A DNA stretch of 64,000 bases from Octopus sinensis (taxonomy: Eukaryota), in assembly GCF_006345805.1 (NCBI RefSeq), contig NC_043003.1, positions 79,794,001 to 79,858,000 on the forward strand. The letters run 5' to 3'. Shown here piece after piece: positions 27,959 through 41,506 of the stretch. Made by a program: the position numbers and the translations under genes. The notes beneath the pieces were generated by a model, which worked only from the letters and a program-made list of their open reading frames with translations, was not told the origin of the DNA and searched no databases. Each line of letters begins with the position of its first letter. Positions within the stretch are counted from its first letter, which is position 1.

Positions 27959-29450
27959 CTGAAAATACACCAAGGGTCTCAATAATTCACCAAGTAATAA
28001 ATTTCACAGAAGGTCTATGAGTCGATATCTCAAACTCTCCTTACGGCGACACATTAAAACTCTCCTCCTCCTCCTCCTAGACCTTTCTTGAATAAAACAG
28101 CTGTTTTATTTTTGTTTTATTTTTGCCCTCCTCTCTTCAAAAAGGCAGATGTGACCTGGCGATGGGTTTTGAAAGCAGAACGTAATTCACGTAACTAGAC
28201 CTGGTTTGTGGTTATGAACAGAAACGAAACAACATAGTTCCTCTTGGATTGGATGCCAGTATATTTATGGTAATATTCACAGATCATCTGATATCTGCTC
28301 TTGACAGCGAGGTTAACTGTGGAATGCAGAATTAAGTTGTCTTCCCCAAAACACAAAGAAACAGCAGTAACAAAATTGAATTTACGACTTCACGTGCTGC
28401 TAATCTCTTCGACCTTCTCGCTTCTATCTAAGCGGATTTAGTATAAATGAATCCTTATTCCGAGCAATGCTATAACATTGCTTTTAATGAAGGTACATTT
28501 GGGATATAACAGCTCGAACAAAACGGTAAAATAATAGAGGATGAAGAGGCGATTAAAATATATGAAAATATATGAAATGGCTGACCTACTATGCGTACTG
28601 CATTTATGTTATGGCATAGAGTATAACATTCAACAGCATTATTGCATCTGCAATTCCGACAATAAAATATCAAGAGAAAATACAGTGACGTGTATTCTTT
28701 ATATTCATTTTGGTTGTGCATCACTTTTTATTAGATTCCAATATTTCATTAGAAGAAAAAATAACACTTTATTGCAATTTTCATTCGTCTCCGGTACCTC
28801 TATGGGATATTTGGTTATAGTATATATTCTCATGGGAGATTTTATAGGTTATTCTTTTGTTTATCAATGTCTGCTGAACTAATGTTTTACACCTCCACAT
28901 TACAAAGAATGATAGCCAGCATAGATAATATGTTAGGTGTTGTTAGGAATAAACATCCAGCATAAAGAAGTTGTCATTGTTAGTGACTAAGGGCGATAAT
29001 TCTTCCAAACAAAATTTTTTTTTTTATTAATCAACTAAATGATAGAAGCGTAAATGCTAAGAAATATATAAAAGTTATTGCATTTGATTTTTTTTTCTAA
29101 TGCTTGGAAATGTGTCACAATGGTGTAAAGAAGACGCAAATTAAATCGCCCAAACCAAGAGGAAAATCGAGGAAGTTTTGTATTTATTTTAATTGACTAT
29201 AAACAGAATGTATCTTTCTTTAATAACTTTGCCAAAGAGAGAAGAGTGACACTCTTGACTTGAAGTAACGATTTGCAATATTTTCGACTGCCAATACGTA
29301 TGATATAAAATATCACATGTATAGTACGATGAAATAAATACTAGACTTAAAATGATAAATACTGGTATCGGAATGATGGAATAGAGACTTCAAGGCAATA
29401 CTCTGCTTGACTGCAGCTCGCTGACTGAAACGAAAGATAAAAAGACTTAC

Positions 29451-29495
29451 TCTACTTTCTGTGTTGAGTACTCTGCATTCTCCTCCATATTCACT
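29451..29495 (-). CDS. Candidate exon B (45 nt; 92 nt if the acceptor at 29543 is used): VNMEENAEYSTQKV
   Basis: Donor aga|gtaagt; two alternative CAG acceptors; open in more than one frame. Confidence 0.4.
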
Positions 29496-29989
29496 CTGGT
29501 GTATACACAGAAACACAAGTACATACACGGGTATGTGTACACCTGCAAGTATAAACAGACACGTGCATATGTATTTATACGCACACAATTCATCGTATCT
29601 AATTGCTGATATAACTTATTGCTTTGAAATCTATTGAACTCACAACCATATATCATGTTTAGGAAATTTATCAAATATTTGAAATTTCATCATTTCCTAT
29701 TATTGTGAAATTTAATGAACATTTGAATATGCATGAACACATGATTTTTTTGTTTTTTCCTACTAGGGAATTTTCACCTGTACAGTTACTTCCTTTTAAA
29801 ATGGTGTTAACCATTAAAAACAAAAATTATTGAAACCGGAATGATATTTTTGTGAATTTATAAAAAGGTAAAAGGCGACAATTCTTTTTAAGCTCCAGAT
29901 AAATTTTCAAGCACAAAAATCAATTCTCTCTCTCTCTCACACACACACACCACACATACACTCACACGCATACTCGTGTAGCATACGCC

Positions 29990-30420
29990 CATCTCGGCCC
30001 GTCAAAGACCGAATTGTGGCTTGTTGCCACGATACACTTCTGTCACCAGGGCCCATCGAACGGTTTTCGTTCTCCCATGTCTTAGAGCATGCACCCTAAC
30101 TCTGACAACGCCACCTTCTTAGCATTGAAGAAATGATCAAGAGCCAATCTCACCGGCAGCACGTCAGTCGCTACGCCTCCTTTAAGCGCCTCTTCTATCT
30201 TCCTAACTAGCTCTCCCTCTATCCTAGATTTCCCTAAAGCTGTTTTATTGCTAAATCCTATTGCCTCCCCTCTAATAGCCCCTTTTCAGGGCTATCTACC
30301 AACAGTTGGTGACGATTGCGCCAGCCAACTTCCAACTAACTCGCTAACCCGGTTTCTGAATGCTTGACGCCCCGGGAAAGGCGCGTTCAGCGTCCACTAC
30401 TCGAGAAGCTTTGGTGCCAA
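29990..30420 (-). mobile_element. L1/Tx1-like LINE ORF2 fragment (endonuclease-RT linker)
   Basis: KGAIRGEAIGFSNKTALGKSRIEGELVRKIEEALKGG..RLALDHFFN, then frame-shifted EGGVVRVRVHAL. Confidence 0.5.
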
Positions 30421-30703
30421 ACTTTAGAGCAAAAACTTAGGAGCGAACAAACACATGTATTCCGAGAGACAAATAATAATAATAATGATAATAATAATGA
30501 TAATAATAATAATAATAATAATAGTTAATAATAATAATGATATTAATAATAATAATAATAACAACAACAACAACAACAACAATAACAACAACTTCCCTTC
30601 CCCAAGCTTTCAATCATACTGTAATATCTCTTATCCTTCACTCGCACTAGAACGCTGAGTGTGTCTTGGCAAGTGATTGTAACAAACTTGAAGGTTAAAA
30701 GTA

Positions 30704-31918
30704 TCAGGTCATCCCATAAGTTCTGTCCGAATTTTGAATAAAGAAAAACAAGTGATCAAAGTTATATTTAATTGAAATTTAATCATCAATCTACATTCCC
30801 TGATTATTTATGACTTCTTTCCATCTATTTCCAAGATTTTTAATCCCATCAATGTAAAACTTTTGGTTTCAAAGCGAAGAACTCTGAAATGTTAGTTTCG
30901 ATCTCCTCCTGGCTTGCGAAAGTTATGTCCCTCAAATGATTCTACGAAACAAATGGTAGTCTGAAGGAGGAAGGTCGAAAGAATAAGGTGGATGAGGAAT
31001 TTGTTCCCAATCAAGGTCTTCTGTGATGTGATCTTTGCAGTGTTGGGTCGCGCATTGTCTTGATGAAATATCACTCCTTTTCGATTCACTAAAGAGGGCC
31101 TTTTTTTCTTCAAAGCTTGATTCAAACGCTCTAATTGCTGACAGTTGAGTTGAACATTGATTGTTGCACTAGGTGGTAACAATTCAAAGTGAATTACTCC
31201 TTTGCAATCCCACCAGATAGAAAGAAGAACCTTCATCCATGAAATTCCCTTCTCGGTTGTTTACGACGTTTAACATTTCGATAGCAGATCCATTTTTCGT
31301 CACCAGTCATAAGTCTATCCAAAAAGGGTGAAATGAGTTCATGAGAATGGAAAGAAGAGCAGATGTCAACTCGGGATTTGCGGTTGCTTTCGAATAATTC
31401 ATGAGGCAACCATTTTCCAAGTTTAGGAACCTTTCCAAGCTGTTGAAGATGATGATGAACAGTTGTATGGTTTGAACTAAGCTTTATTGCCAATTCTTCA
31501 ACTGATAATGCAGGATTTTCTTCCAGTAATGTCTCAAGGAGCTTATCATCAAACTCCACTTTCAAGGCTGAAATCTCTACTTCTGAATTTTGCAAAACAT
31601 CTTCTGCAACTTCTTTCATTCAAGCATTCTTTCCCATAAATTGAGTGTATGTTTTGAGTCACTTCGGCTGCAGGGTTTCCTTCTTTGTTCTCATAAAACA
31701 TTATGTGTCTTAAATGCTCTTTGGATACTTCCATGTTAGAAAGGGTTTAATGAGAGAAATTTTAATTCTATTATTTTGTAAAATAATATTTAATTAGTTT
31801 AAATGTACACAAATGCATAAAAATAATTCTTAATTCCATTAGACATTCTAAAATACTATTAAAATTCATTCAATTTAAAAAAAAGGTAAAATCGGACATA
31901 ACTTATGGGATGACCTGA
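30704..31918 (-). mobile_element. Near full-length mariner (Hsmar1/cecropia-like) with broken transposase
   Basis: ~30-bp TIRs TCAGGTCATCCCATAAGTT(C/A)TGTCCGA flanked by TA at 30702-30703 and 31919-31920; motifs WLPHEL, TGDEKWI, IWWD, HQDNARP spread over three ORFs. Confidence 0.95.
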
Positions 31919-31937
31919 TAAATAACGATGATGATGA

Positions 31938-31988
<51 letters not shown>

Positions 31989-31989
31989 G

Positions 31990-32280
31990 TATCAAATTTT
32001 GCCTCTCAAGGGAAGCAATTTTGGGGGAGGGGACAAGTCAATTGCATCAATTCCAGTGTTCAACTGGTACTTATTTTATCGAACCCGAAAGGAATGAAAG
32101 GTAAAGTCGACTCAGGCGGTATTTGAACTCAGAACGTAGCGACGGGCGAAATACTGCTGAGTATTTCGTCTAGCGCGCTAAAGATTCTGCCAGCTCATCG
32201 CCTTAACAATAATAGTAATAATGATAATAATAATAATAATAATAATTATCATAATAATAATGATAATAATAGTAGTAGTG

Positions 32281-32325
<45 letters not shown>

Positions 32326-32345
32326 ATAATAATAATAACAATAAC

Positions 32346-32395
<50 letters not shown>

Positions 32396-32800
32396 GAAGA
32401 AGAAGAAGAAGAAGAAGAAGAATCTTATACTATAGGCACATCGACCCTCGTACTCAACTGATACTTAATTTATCGACCTCGAAATGATGGAAAGCAAAGT
32501 GAACCACCGCGGAACTTGAACTAAGGACGTAGCGACGGGCGAAATATCACTAAGTATTTGGTCCCGCGTGCTAACGATTCTGCCAGCTTGCAACAACAAC
32601 AATAATAATGGTTTAAAATTTTGGCATAAGACCAGCAATTTCAGGGGGAATGAGTATGTCGATTACATCGACCTCAGTGCTCAACTGGTAGTTATTACAT
32701 CGACCCCGAAATGACGAAAGGTGAAAGGTTTCCTCAGCGTAAATTAAGCATCGAAGTTAAAGCCGAAAGGACTACTGTTAAGCATTTGATCCGACACGAT
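31990..32800 (-). mobile_element. Three SINE-A copies interleaved with compound (AAT)/(AGT)/(AGA) microsatellites
   Basis: Cores at ~31990-32205, 32425-32590 and 32605-32800. Confidence 0.8.
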
Positions 32801-33599
32801 AACAATTCTACTAAATAATAATAAGTTGTTTTGAACCAAAAGGGTGATAATAAATCATTACGATCTTCGGAACAATACGAAAGTAAAATGTAAGAAAACC
32901 AGGTAATACAGTGTAGGATTTGCACTTAGTTTCAGGGTGAGATCAACAAAATAATAAAAACAGCCTTATGAATGGTTAGCGAAAACTTGCAATGACTGTG
33001 CAGAACAAGAACATACTTATAACAAAGAATCACCAGGATTAGTGGGGGAAATTTCCATAGGGTGAATCCATAAAAGACAGATTAAATATGTGAAGTGTAT
33101 ATGCGAAAGACATGCGAGAGAGAATCAGAGCTCTCGTTGTGACTGTGTGATGTCCATCGTCGTTTGAATATTCAACGAAAGGGTAATGGACGATTGAATG
33201 AAGAGCAGGATGATGCAAGATAAGAAAATGCAGATTGAGGAGTAGGAGTAGGAGGAGGAAGAGAGCTTTCGCTATTTGAAATGTGCAAGTAAGGGAATGC
33301 TAATAAGTATTGATTTAATAGTCTTTGAATTGTTATAGGATAACAATCAGGAGGTCGTGGGTTCATTTATTCTTAACTCGTCATCTGAATTGCTGACAAT
33401 AACCTTTAGGGCTGAAAATTTTAAGACCATGTTTGCAGAGTAATAGAAGTAGAAGAAAATTAGCGATGTGGGGATGCTGATCAATCCCAGGTGACAGCTT
33501 CTCAGTTGCAAGTGGGTAGTTACCTTTATTTGCTTTGTCTTATAATAATATTGATTTATTATATATGTGTTTGTTATATCTTCCAATCTGTATACTTAC

Positions 33600-33695
33600 C
33601 TGGTGCTCAGTATTTCGTACGCTCACAGAAATAACAAAACATCAATATCCATTATACAGACAAAACATTTTCTCATTGTAATAACATAGAACGGT
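33600..33695 (-). other. Candidate non-coding or alternative exon F (96 nt)
   Basis: tttgtag acceptor and perfect cag|gtaagt donor; stops in all three frames. Confidence 0.25.
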
Positions 33696-33759
33696 CTACA
33701 AACATTAACTAATGAAGAAAGTTGAAAGACGGTCCATTGACTCTGTTACAGAGAACAAT

Positions 33760-33930
33760 GACAATCTGAAAGAAAATATCACCAATTTACAACGTAAGAG
33801 CTAATGGAACAACCTAAAACAAGATTATAGTTTTAAATATCTAAGAACCATCATTACGTCAGATGTGGAAAACATCAAAAAGTTCAGTAGAAGATTGGAC
33901 AGGGCAAGACTGCTTATGTTAAGAACAGAC
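33760..33930 (+). mobile_element. RTE-like LINE fragment
   Basis: LKQDYSFKYLRTIITSD (cf. EQVDSFKYLGTIITSD). Confidence 0.5.
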
Positions 33931-34394
33931 ATATATTATTAAATAAACGGTTGTAATAAAGGGAAACTGTCTTAGGGGCTTACACAGGTCCTATGCATAA
34001 GTGTGGTTCTGCTGCCGGGAGTATTAACAAACAAATGCAAAAGCATATCACTGCTGAGCTGATATGTGGTTGCTTAGGTGTATATAAAGTGACAAGCATT
34101 GAGTTCCCTAGGTGAGGAGCAATGATCACCAGAAAGTTACTGCTTCTTAACATAGCAGAATCATGAGTACGTCGGGCAAAATACTTTGGTGCATGTCGTC
34201 CGAATTTACGTTCTGTGTTCAAATGCCGCCGAGGTTTATTTTGCCTTTCATTATTTCGGGGTCGATAAAATAAATAGCAATTGAGTAATGGGAGTCGATT
34301 TAATCGACTTATACCATCCCCCGAACTTGCTGGCATTGTGCAAAAATTTGTAATCAATATGCGGAGAGAACGTATATTATCATATACATATAAA

Positions 34395-34559
34395 GGCGCA
34401 GGAGTGGCTGTGTGGTAAGTAGCTTGCTAACCAACTACATGGTTCCGGGTTCAGTCCCACTGGGTGGCATCTTGGGCAAGTGTCTTCTGCTATAGCCCCA
34501 GGCCGACCAATGCCTTGTGAGTGGATTTGGTAGACGGAAACTGAAAGAAGCCTGTCGTA

Positions 34560-34626
<67 letters not shown>

Positions 34627-34830
34627 CGGTGTTTTTCCCCCTAACATTGCTTGACAACCAATGTTGGTGTGTTTACGTCCCCGTCACTTAGCGGTTCGGC
34701 AAAAGAGACCGATAGAATAAGTACTGGGCTTACAAAGAAAAGTCCCGGGGTTGATTTGCTCGACTAAAGACGGTGCTCCAGCATGACCGCAGTCAAATGA
34801 CTGAAACAAGTAAAAGAAAGAATAAAAGAA
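34395..34830 (+). mobile_element. Full-length SINE-B
   Basis: Homologous to 18520-18929. Confidence 0.9.
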
Positions 34831-34882
34831 GAATATATGTCTGTGTGTGTTTAAGTATGTGTGCGTATGGAGTGAAAGAGGG

Positions 34883-34935
<53 letters not shown>

Positions 34936-35133
34936 AGAGGAACAGAGACACAACGAGAAGATACTCGATAGCCTTACAAGCTGGTTTCAAAAATACCGAC
35001 CCAGCGATGTGCCAAAGACATGTGGATGAAGAGGACATAGAGGACCATGGTCACTTGTCTATCATCACTGATGCCCGTAGGAAAGGCATGTATATATATA
35101 TATATACACACATATAGTCATACATACATAACT

Positions 35134-35167
<34 letters not shown>

Positions 35168-35171
<4 letters not shown>

Positions 35172-35413
35172 TTAATGTACTTTCGTACGCACAGCAAATA
35201 AGTTAACCAGACAACAGTAAAAACAATGCAACGAACGAACTAATAAATCTCTTTACGAATCAACAATCAATATTCCTTGTGAACTAATCAACCGACACCT
35301 TCCGATTTCACTCGACTCCCAACTCTGAACTCTTGAATTCACTCGGATCGTTGCTATTTATATTTTACTCGGACCAGTCTATCTTTCGCAAGGGGGCATC
35401 ATAACTCTCATCA
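35168..35413 (-). mobile_element. 3' LTR of Gypsy-like element (246 bp)
   Basis: TG...CA ends on the minus strand, TATAAATA box, preceded by purine tract AAAAGTGGAGATA (35414-35426); Gypsy pol remnant lies upstream. Confidence 0.65.
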
Positions 35414-36810
35414 TATCTCCACTTTTGAGATTTCGACTACTGTGAGAAAGTGAAATTTCTTTTCTTTTTATATTTTTGCAGCACCTCCCCTCTATTTTTT
35501 AACTGTTGTATTTTAACTGTTGCACACAGCATTTTTTCTTTTCGTTGTACTAAGCATTCTTGTTAGCACTCTTGTTTTTGTTTTTTTTAAAATTTAATAT
35601 CTTTTTCATTTAGGTATTACTTCCAGATATTCAGACTGTTTTTGCTTTTTGAAGCTAGTACTACGGGATTTGATATCTCTCGGTGCTGGCACTTCAAACG
35701 TATCATAGAAGAATCCCATTGGGATTACCTTTCATTCTGTATGTCTCCTCTTTAACAGTTTAAGGTGTCTCTTATGTTCTAAAAGTTACCCTTTAATTAA
35801 ATACATTATATTACCGGGAGTCGCAATGGCCCAGTGGTTAGGGCAGCGGACTCGCGGTCATAGGATCGCGGTTTCGATTCCCAGACCGGGCGTTGTGAGT
35901 GTTTATTGAGCGAAAACGCCTAAAAAGCTCCACGAGGCTCCGGCAGGGGATGGTGGTGATCCCTGCTGTACTCTTTCACCACAACTTTCTCTCACTCTTA
36001 CTTCCTGTTTCTATTGTACCTGTAGTTCAAAGGGCCGGCCTTGTCACTCTCTGTGTCACGCTGAATATACCCGAGAACTACGTTAAGGGTACACGTGTCT
36101 GTGGAGTGCTCAGCCACTTACACGTTAATTTCACGAGCAGGCTGTTCCGTTGATTCGGATCAACCGGAACCCTCATCGTCGTAACCGACAGAGTGCTTCC
36201 ACACATTATATTACCTAATCTTTTAATTATACAACCATCCTCCCGACCTTCTTTACCAATTTTGTAATTTTTAAAATGAACAGTATCACCTACTTCGAAA
36301 TGGTTTGTAACATTTCTTGTATTTCCTTCAAATGTATTTTTGTCAGTCCTTTATATGTATTTTTCCCTCTCAAAACTTCTTCATTTTCTGACTGCAATGA
36401 CGATATCACGGTCTCTTTTAACAGTTCCACGATCTTGGGAATTAGCCTCGATAATCAGTCTGTATGACTAATTTTCTTCGACGGAATATACTGCATCTTA
36501 AAATTGTAGTTCCATAATATTGTATCCCAGCGTTGTAGTCGGTTCGCTATATGGGTAGGCAATCCATCCTTTGATCCAATAACTGATAGTAATGGTCTAT
36601 CAATTTGTAACAAAAAACTTCTACTATGTAGAAATTTATGAAATTTTTTACCGCAAAGATAATCGACAGAGCCACCTCCTTCTCTATCTGACTGTACTTT
36701 TATTCCGCTGCTATCAGCGAACGTGAAGCATGAACCACTGGCTTCATATTTCCATCTTTATACTTGTGTAGCAAGCGTGCTCCTAAGCAATATTCATTCT
36801 AGGATCAAAA
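35414..36810 (-). mobile_element. Gypsy/Ty3-like internal remnant (RNase H)
   Basis: HASRSLIAAE*KYSQIEKE..IIFAVKKFHKFL..GLPTHIANRLQRW..LWNYNFKMQYIP..LSRLIP at ~36420-36735. Confidence 0.85.
35816..36202 (+). mobile_element. Full-length SINE-C inserted in the Gypsy remnant
   Basis: 13-bp TSD ACATTATATTACC at 35803-35815 and 36203-36215. Confidence 0.92.
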
Positions 36811-37050
36811 TTTATTATTTTCTGACACAAAGATTATACAAAGTTAGCAAAAAATGCAGCAATGACCCCAAAAAGGTGTCTTCAAAATACATTTTGGGTA
36901 AATTGAAAAGCAAAACAAAATAATGTTAATATAGCCCAACGTTTTATAAAACTTTCTTGCCCAGCTCTTGTTTGCATATAACTATGTATGTACGTCTCTA
37001 CATGCTTCTGTAATTCCTTTTATAATGTGTTATATGTAATATGTTGCATG

Positions 37051-37372
37051 CGAAGGCACATAGCTTAGTGGTTAGAACTTCTAGTTCACAATTCTGAAGT
37101 AGTGATTTCGATCCCTGGTCCGGGTTGTGTGTTGTTTTCTTGAGCAAAACCCTCTATTCCACGTTGCTCCAGTTCACTGAGCTGTAGAAATGACTTGCTA
37201 CGCCACTGGTGCCAAGCTGTATCGGCCTTTGCCTTTCCTTTGAATAACATTGTTGGCGTAGAGAAGGGATGCTGGTATGCATGGGCGACTGCTGATCTTT
37301 CATAAACAACCTTGCCCGGCTTATGCCTCGGAGGGTAATATTTTAGGTGCAATCTCATGGTCATTCATATAT
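37051..37372 (+). mobile_element. SINE-E (another tRNA-derived SINE)
   Basis: TAGCTTAGTGGTTAG A-box-like and TTCGATCCC B-box-like motifs, followed by TTGAGCAAAACCCTCTATTCCACGTTGCTCCAG. Confidence 0.7.
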
Positions 37373-38274
37373 GTAAAAATAGGTGTTGGTGGCAAAAAGA
37401 AAGAAAGGATTCTGACTATTATTATTAACCCACCTTCCTGAGGTGGTAGAAATAACATTAATTAAGCAGGTCCCTGTAGTGAGTGATTCTTGTTTGAGCA
37501 AATAAAAATGGATATAATGGATATAATAGTTAACGGATAGCCATCAGGAAATCGTGAGTTTATACACTTAACTCATCATCTGAGTTGTTGACAGTTACTT
37601 TCATTTCAAGAACATGTTTGCATAGTACATGGAAGTAGAAGGAAGTGGCGTGTGCTTAAATAAAGCACGGCATATATTAACGCAGGAGGAATTACTTTTG
37701 TATTTTTCTCTCCGTAACCGTTCTAGGTGCAGCCTCGTGATCATTGTACGGCTAATTCAACTGAGAACCGAAAGTTAGGATTTCATTAGGGATGGTATCT
37801 TAACGAACTTATTTGATATTCTGTCGGTCCGACCATTCTTTGAATTATACCAAGCTAAGGTCTAACTCTTGTAGCAACGTATATTCTACAGTATTTATTT
37901 TTTATAAGCATTTCATATCCTTCACTCGTCGTGTAATGCATGGTTACGTCTTAGCTTACCTCTTTGACGGTAATTAGGCATAGGCATTAGGACGGCGAAT
38001 AGAATGCTTAGCGGATTCCGCTGCGTTCAGATCCCGGCATCGTCAACGTTGCTTTCCATTATTTTATGATCGATAAAGAAGGTATAAGTTCTGGGATATT
38101 TCTCACTTCTGTCTCTCTCCCATTCTCTCTCTCTCTCTCTCTCAGATTTTCTCTGAAGGAAATCTGTTGTAGTCAAGCCTAGAGAGCACATTCTAACACG
38201 ACGATGCTCATTGTCTCTACCGTTATTTGAAGCCTCAAAGAAAAACAATATACCATTACATACTTATACCTTAC

Positions 38275-38320
38275 TATATCCATAAAACATTGAAGCATAA
38301 AATTCTCAATGTAGGGATCA
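38275..38320 (-). CDS. Candidate 46-nt exon E (DPYIENFMLQCFMDI)
   Basis: Strong acceptor aatttttttcag and donor ata|gtaagg; open when entered in phase 2. Confidence 0.3.
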
Positions 38321-39299
38321 CTGAAAAAAATTAGAAATAATTAAGCGCCGAGGAAAAGAAAACATTATTTATTAGTTGATGTTGTTTTAGCAACTTCAGT
38401 ACAGAAAAAATCCTGAACATGTTTTGGTCTTATTATGACATCATCAGTGAGGCATGAATCACACAATACTTGTTGAGTTATGAAACGGAGAATAAGAAAG
38501 TTAATGTACAACAATATACATTGGTTGAAGTAGAAAAGAATCGTTTAGAGAATAAATTAGAAAGAGACATAATCTGCATTTAATATATTAACACTAACGT
38601 TAGTTAATATGAATGCTAGTTACTATTAAATGTAAGAATCTTTAGAAAGCTATATAGAAACCTAGAAATAATTTTGTATCGAGAAAAAAATATTTATTTT
38701 TTGTATTATTTATTTTGAAAGTACGGTAAGTAACTCAGGACATATTTCATATCAAATAGTTTGATATAATACTGAAGGTTAATATTCCTTCCTTATAATA
38801 TTTTGTAGTATCATTCAATAACAAAACTTGCTATGTACTCTGGTTTCGTACTGCACTGTATACCACTTTTATATATACTATACATTCTCTTTCTGATTAA
38901 ATGCTGTGTGGTATAATTTTTATAAAACATCATGTGATATATACTGCCGCATAATTTACCGTTCAATAAACTGTTGCATGCTTGCATCTATTTTACTAAT
39001 TTATGCTGCTCAGTACTGCATGCTGCAGAGTCCTATCTGGTCTTTTAATGTACAGCTATGCATTTGCATATTATATATGTTGCTATATGTTATTCTTCGA
39101 TATATTGCTGTGCGCTATGGTTTTATATAATATATCTTAAGGCAAATGCTTAATGTCAGGTCAGAGATCTGATAACCAGAGATCTGATAACCAGGGATCT
39201 GTTACTGGTTATCATATAAGCAACTATGACCTTTGATTATTGGGGCCGTTGGTGACTAAGCCTGTAACCCCATCAAGATCTCTTGATAAATAGCGAGAT

Positions 39300-39610
39300 T
39301 TTTGGACGCCGTACTGGACGAAAAACATCCTATCAACTTATTGGATGAACGCATGACTTCAACAGCAGTCATCCCATACTGACACGGTACACCATGGCAT
39401 GACTTTAAATGGGCGGAGATAGATCAACTATGGAGGTTTAGCGGCATGTCGTTGCAAGTAGTTGTAACAGAATCCTTTCCCTCTGTTTACTGCAACCTAA
39501 CAAAAGAGTGCTACTAGCTAAACCCATTGTATCATAACATTAAACATTCATACGAACTAATGCTGACTGCAGAAGCTGAGGACAGAAACTAATGGAGAAG
39601 GTTCAATCAT
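39300..39610 (+). mobile_element. RTE-like LINE 3' remnant
   Basis: Ends ..AEAEDRN*WRR, similar to RTE C-termini. Confidence 0.4.
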
Positions 39611-40453
39611 TTGTTGTTGTTCTTATATAACATATCACATTCCATATGAGCCACAGATGAGGAGCCCTCGACTCAGTACTTGAACTACTTAGAAGACACA
39701 CATTAGGTATATGGCTGTGTGGTTAAGAAGATCGTTTCCAAACTTCGTGGTCTAGGGTTCAGTCCGGCTGCATTGCACTGTGTGATTAGTGTCTTCTATA
39801 ATCCCAGGTACCGTGATAGTGATTTTGTTTTGTAGAAACTGTGTGGAAGCCCTTAAATACCCATGACGATGAGATTTCTTTGACTGAAATCAGTAAAATA
39901 ATAAAGAAATAGTAAATTACGAAATTTTCTATAGGAATATAGAAGTATTCTTGTCATAAAATAACGTTAGTATTATAACTATTGGGAAAGAAAGAGAGGG
40001 AAGGTAGGGAAAAGGAGAGATTTTCATGATTTTAGGTATTATGGAGTTCAAGATGTGTCAAGATCCCGAATGTTTTCTAGCAAGATTGTGGAGTATCACG
40101 CACATCTGACGATGAAATGCTGCTATTTCCGCAGTTTCCTAGATTGTGAGACTGCGTCAGTCACGTTTCTCCAGTCACCCACGCGGTTGTGATCTATGCT
40201 GCATCTACTACTGCTTCTCTTTAAATAATGTCGTACTTAGACACACGTCGACCTACCATAACTATTCATGATCATTAATCTGGTTGATCAATATAAAGTA
40301 ATTAAATATACTTTGCAAACTGTTGCGAAAAAGAGTTAATTTTCTACAAGAATAAATGCATTTAGTGGTACTCTAAAATAAATTATGATTCTTTGTAAAA
40401 GCATTTACGAAATAACTGAGGAGCTAATAGTAACAACCTGAAAAAACCTAATT

Positions 40454-40589
40454 CAGTCATGGGCAAACTACGGCCCGCGATACTTTCCGAATGGCACACC
40501 TAACAAAAAACTGACCTTGTAGCTTTTAATAGTGTAGGTAATAAGCCATGTCTGATACGACCAAATTTTAGAAATGTTGGCCATGTCTG
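40454..40589. mobile_element. hAT/Charlie-like MITE (136 bp)
   Basis: Left CAGTCATGGGCAAACTACGGCCCGCG; right TTGGCCATGTCTG; 8-bp flanks ACCTAATT/ACTTAAAT (6/8). Confidence 0.6.
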
Positions 40590-40739
40590 ACTTAAATTTT
40601 CAAAAGTCGAGAATCTGAGGTAGATTAAATATATATTTTATATAGAATTAAGGCAACAATGAAGTACTCTGTGTGAGTGCGCATATTAGTTTGCATGCGT
40701 GTATATATATATATGTATATGTATGTGTGTGTGTATGTA

Positions 40740-40770
<31 letters not shown>

Positions 40771-40929
40771 ATGAGTGTGTGTGAAGAATTTCTACTTCAT
40801 TTTTCGATTTAGTAATATATGAACAATGTTTGTTAAAGACTCGCACAATAACATTTACCAGTGGAACATTTTGGCCTAGTCCTTATTCTACTTCATCGTA
40901 AGGTTAGCATTAATGCATGTACCAATAAT

Positions 40930-41506
40930 TCTTTCTACTCTAGGCATAAATCCTAAAATTATGGGGAGGGACTAGTCGATTACATCGACCCCAGTATTCA
41001 ACTGGTACTTCTTTTCACCGACCCCGAAAGGATGAAAGGCAAAGTAGACCGCGGCCGAATTTGAACCCAGAACGTAGCGACGGGCGAAATACCTATTTCT
41101 TTACTACCCACAGGGGGCTAAACATAGAGTGGTCAAACAAGGACAGACAAAGGGATTAAGTCGAATACATCGACACCAGTGCGTAACCGGTACTTAATTT
41201 ATCGACCCCGAAAGAATGAAAGGCAAAGTCGACCTCGGCGGAATTTGAACTCACAACGTAACGGCAGACGAAATACCTATTTCTTTACTACCCACAAGGG
41301 GTTAAACATAGAGAGGACAAACAAGGACAGACAAACGGATTAAGTCGATTATATCGACCCAAATGCGTAACTGGTACTTATTTAATCGACCCGAAAGGAT
41401 GAAAGGCAATGTCGACCTCGGCGGAATTTGAACTCAGAACTAAACTGCAGACGAAATACCGCTAAGCATTTCACCTGACGTGTTTACGATTCTGCCAGCT
41501 CGCCCC
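40930..41506 (-). mobile_element. SINE-A trimer (head-core-tail1, core-tail1, core-tail2)
   Basis: Junctions at 41093/41094 and 41277/41278; flanking repeat CATGTACCA(A/G)TAAT at 40916-40929 and 41512-41525. Confidence 0.9.
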
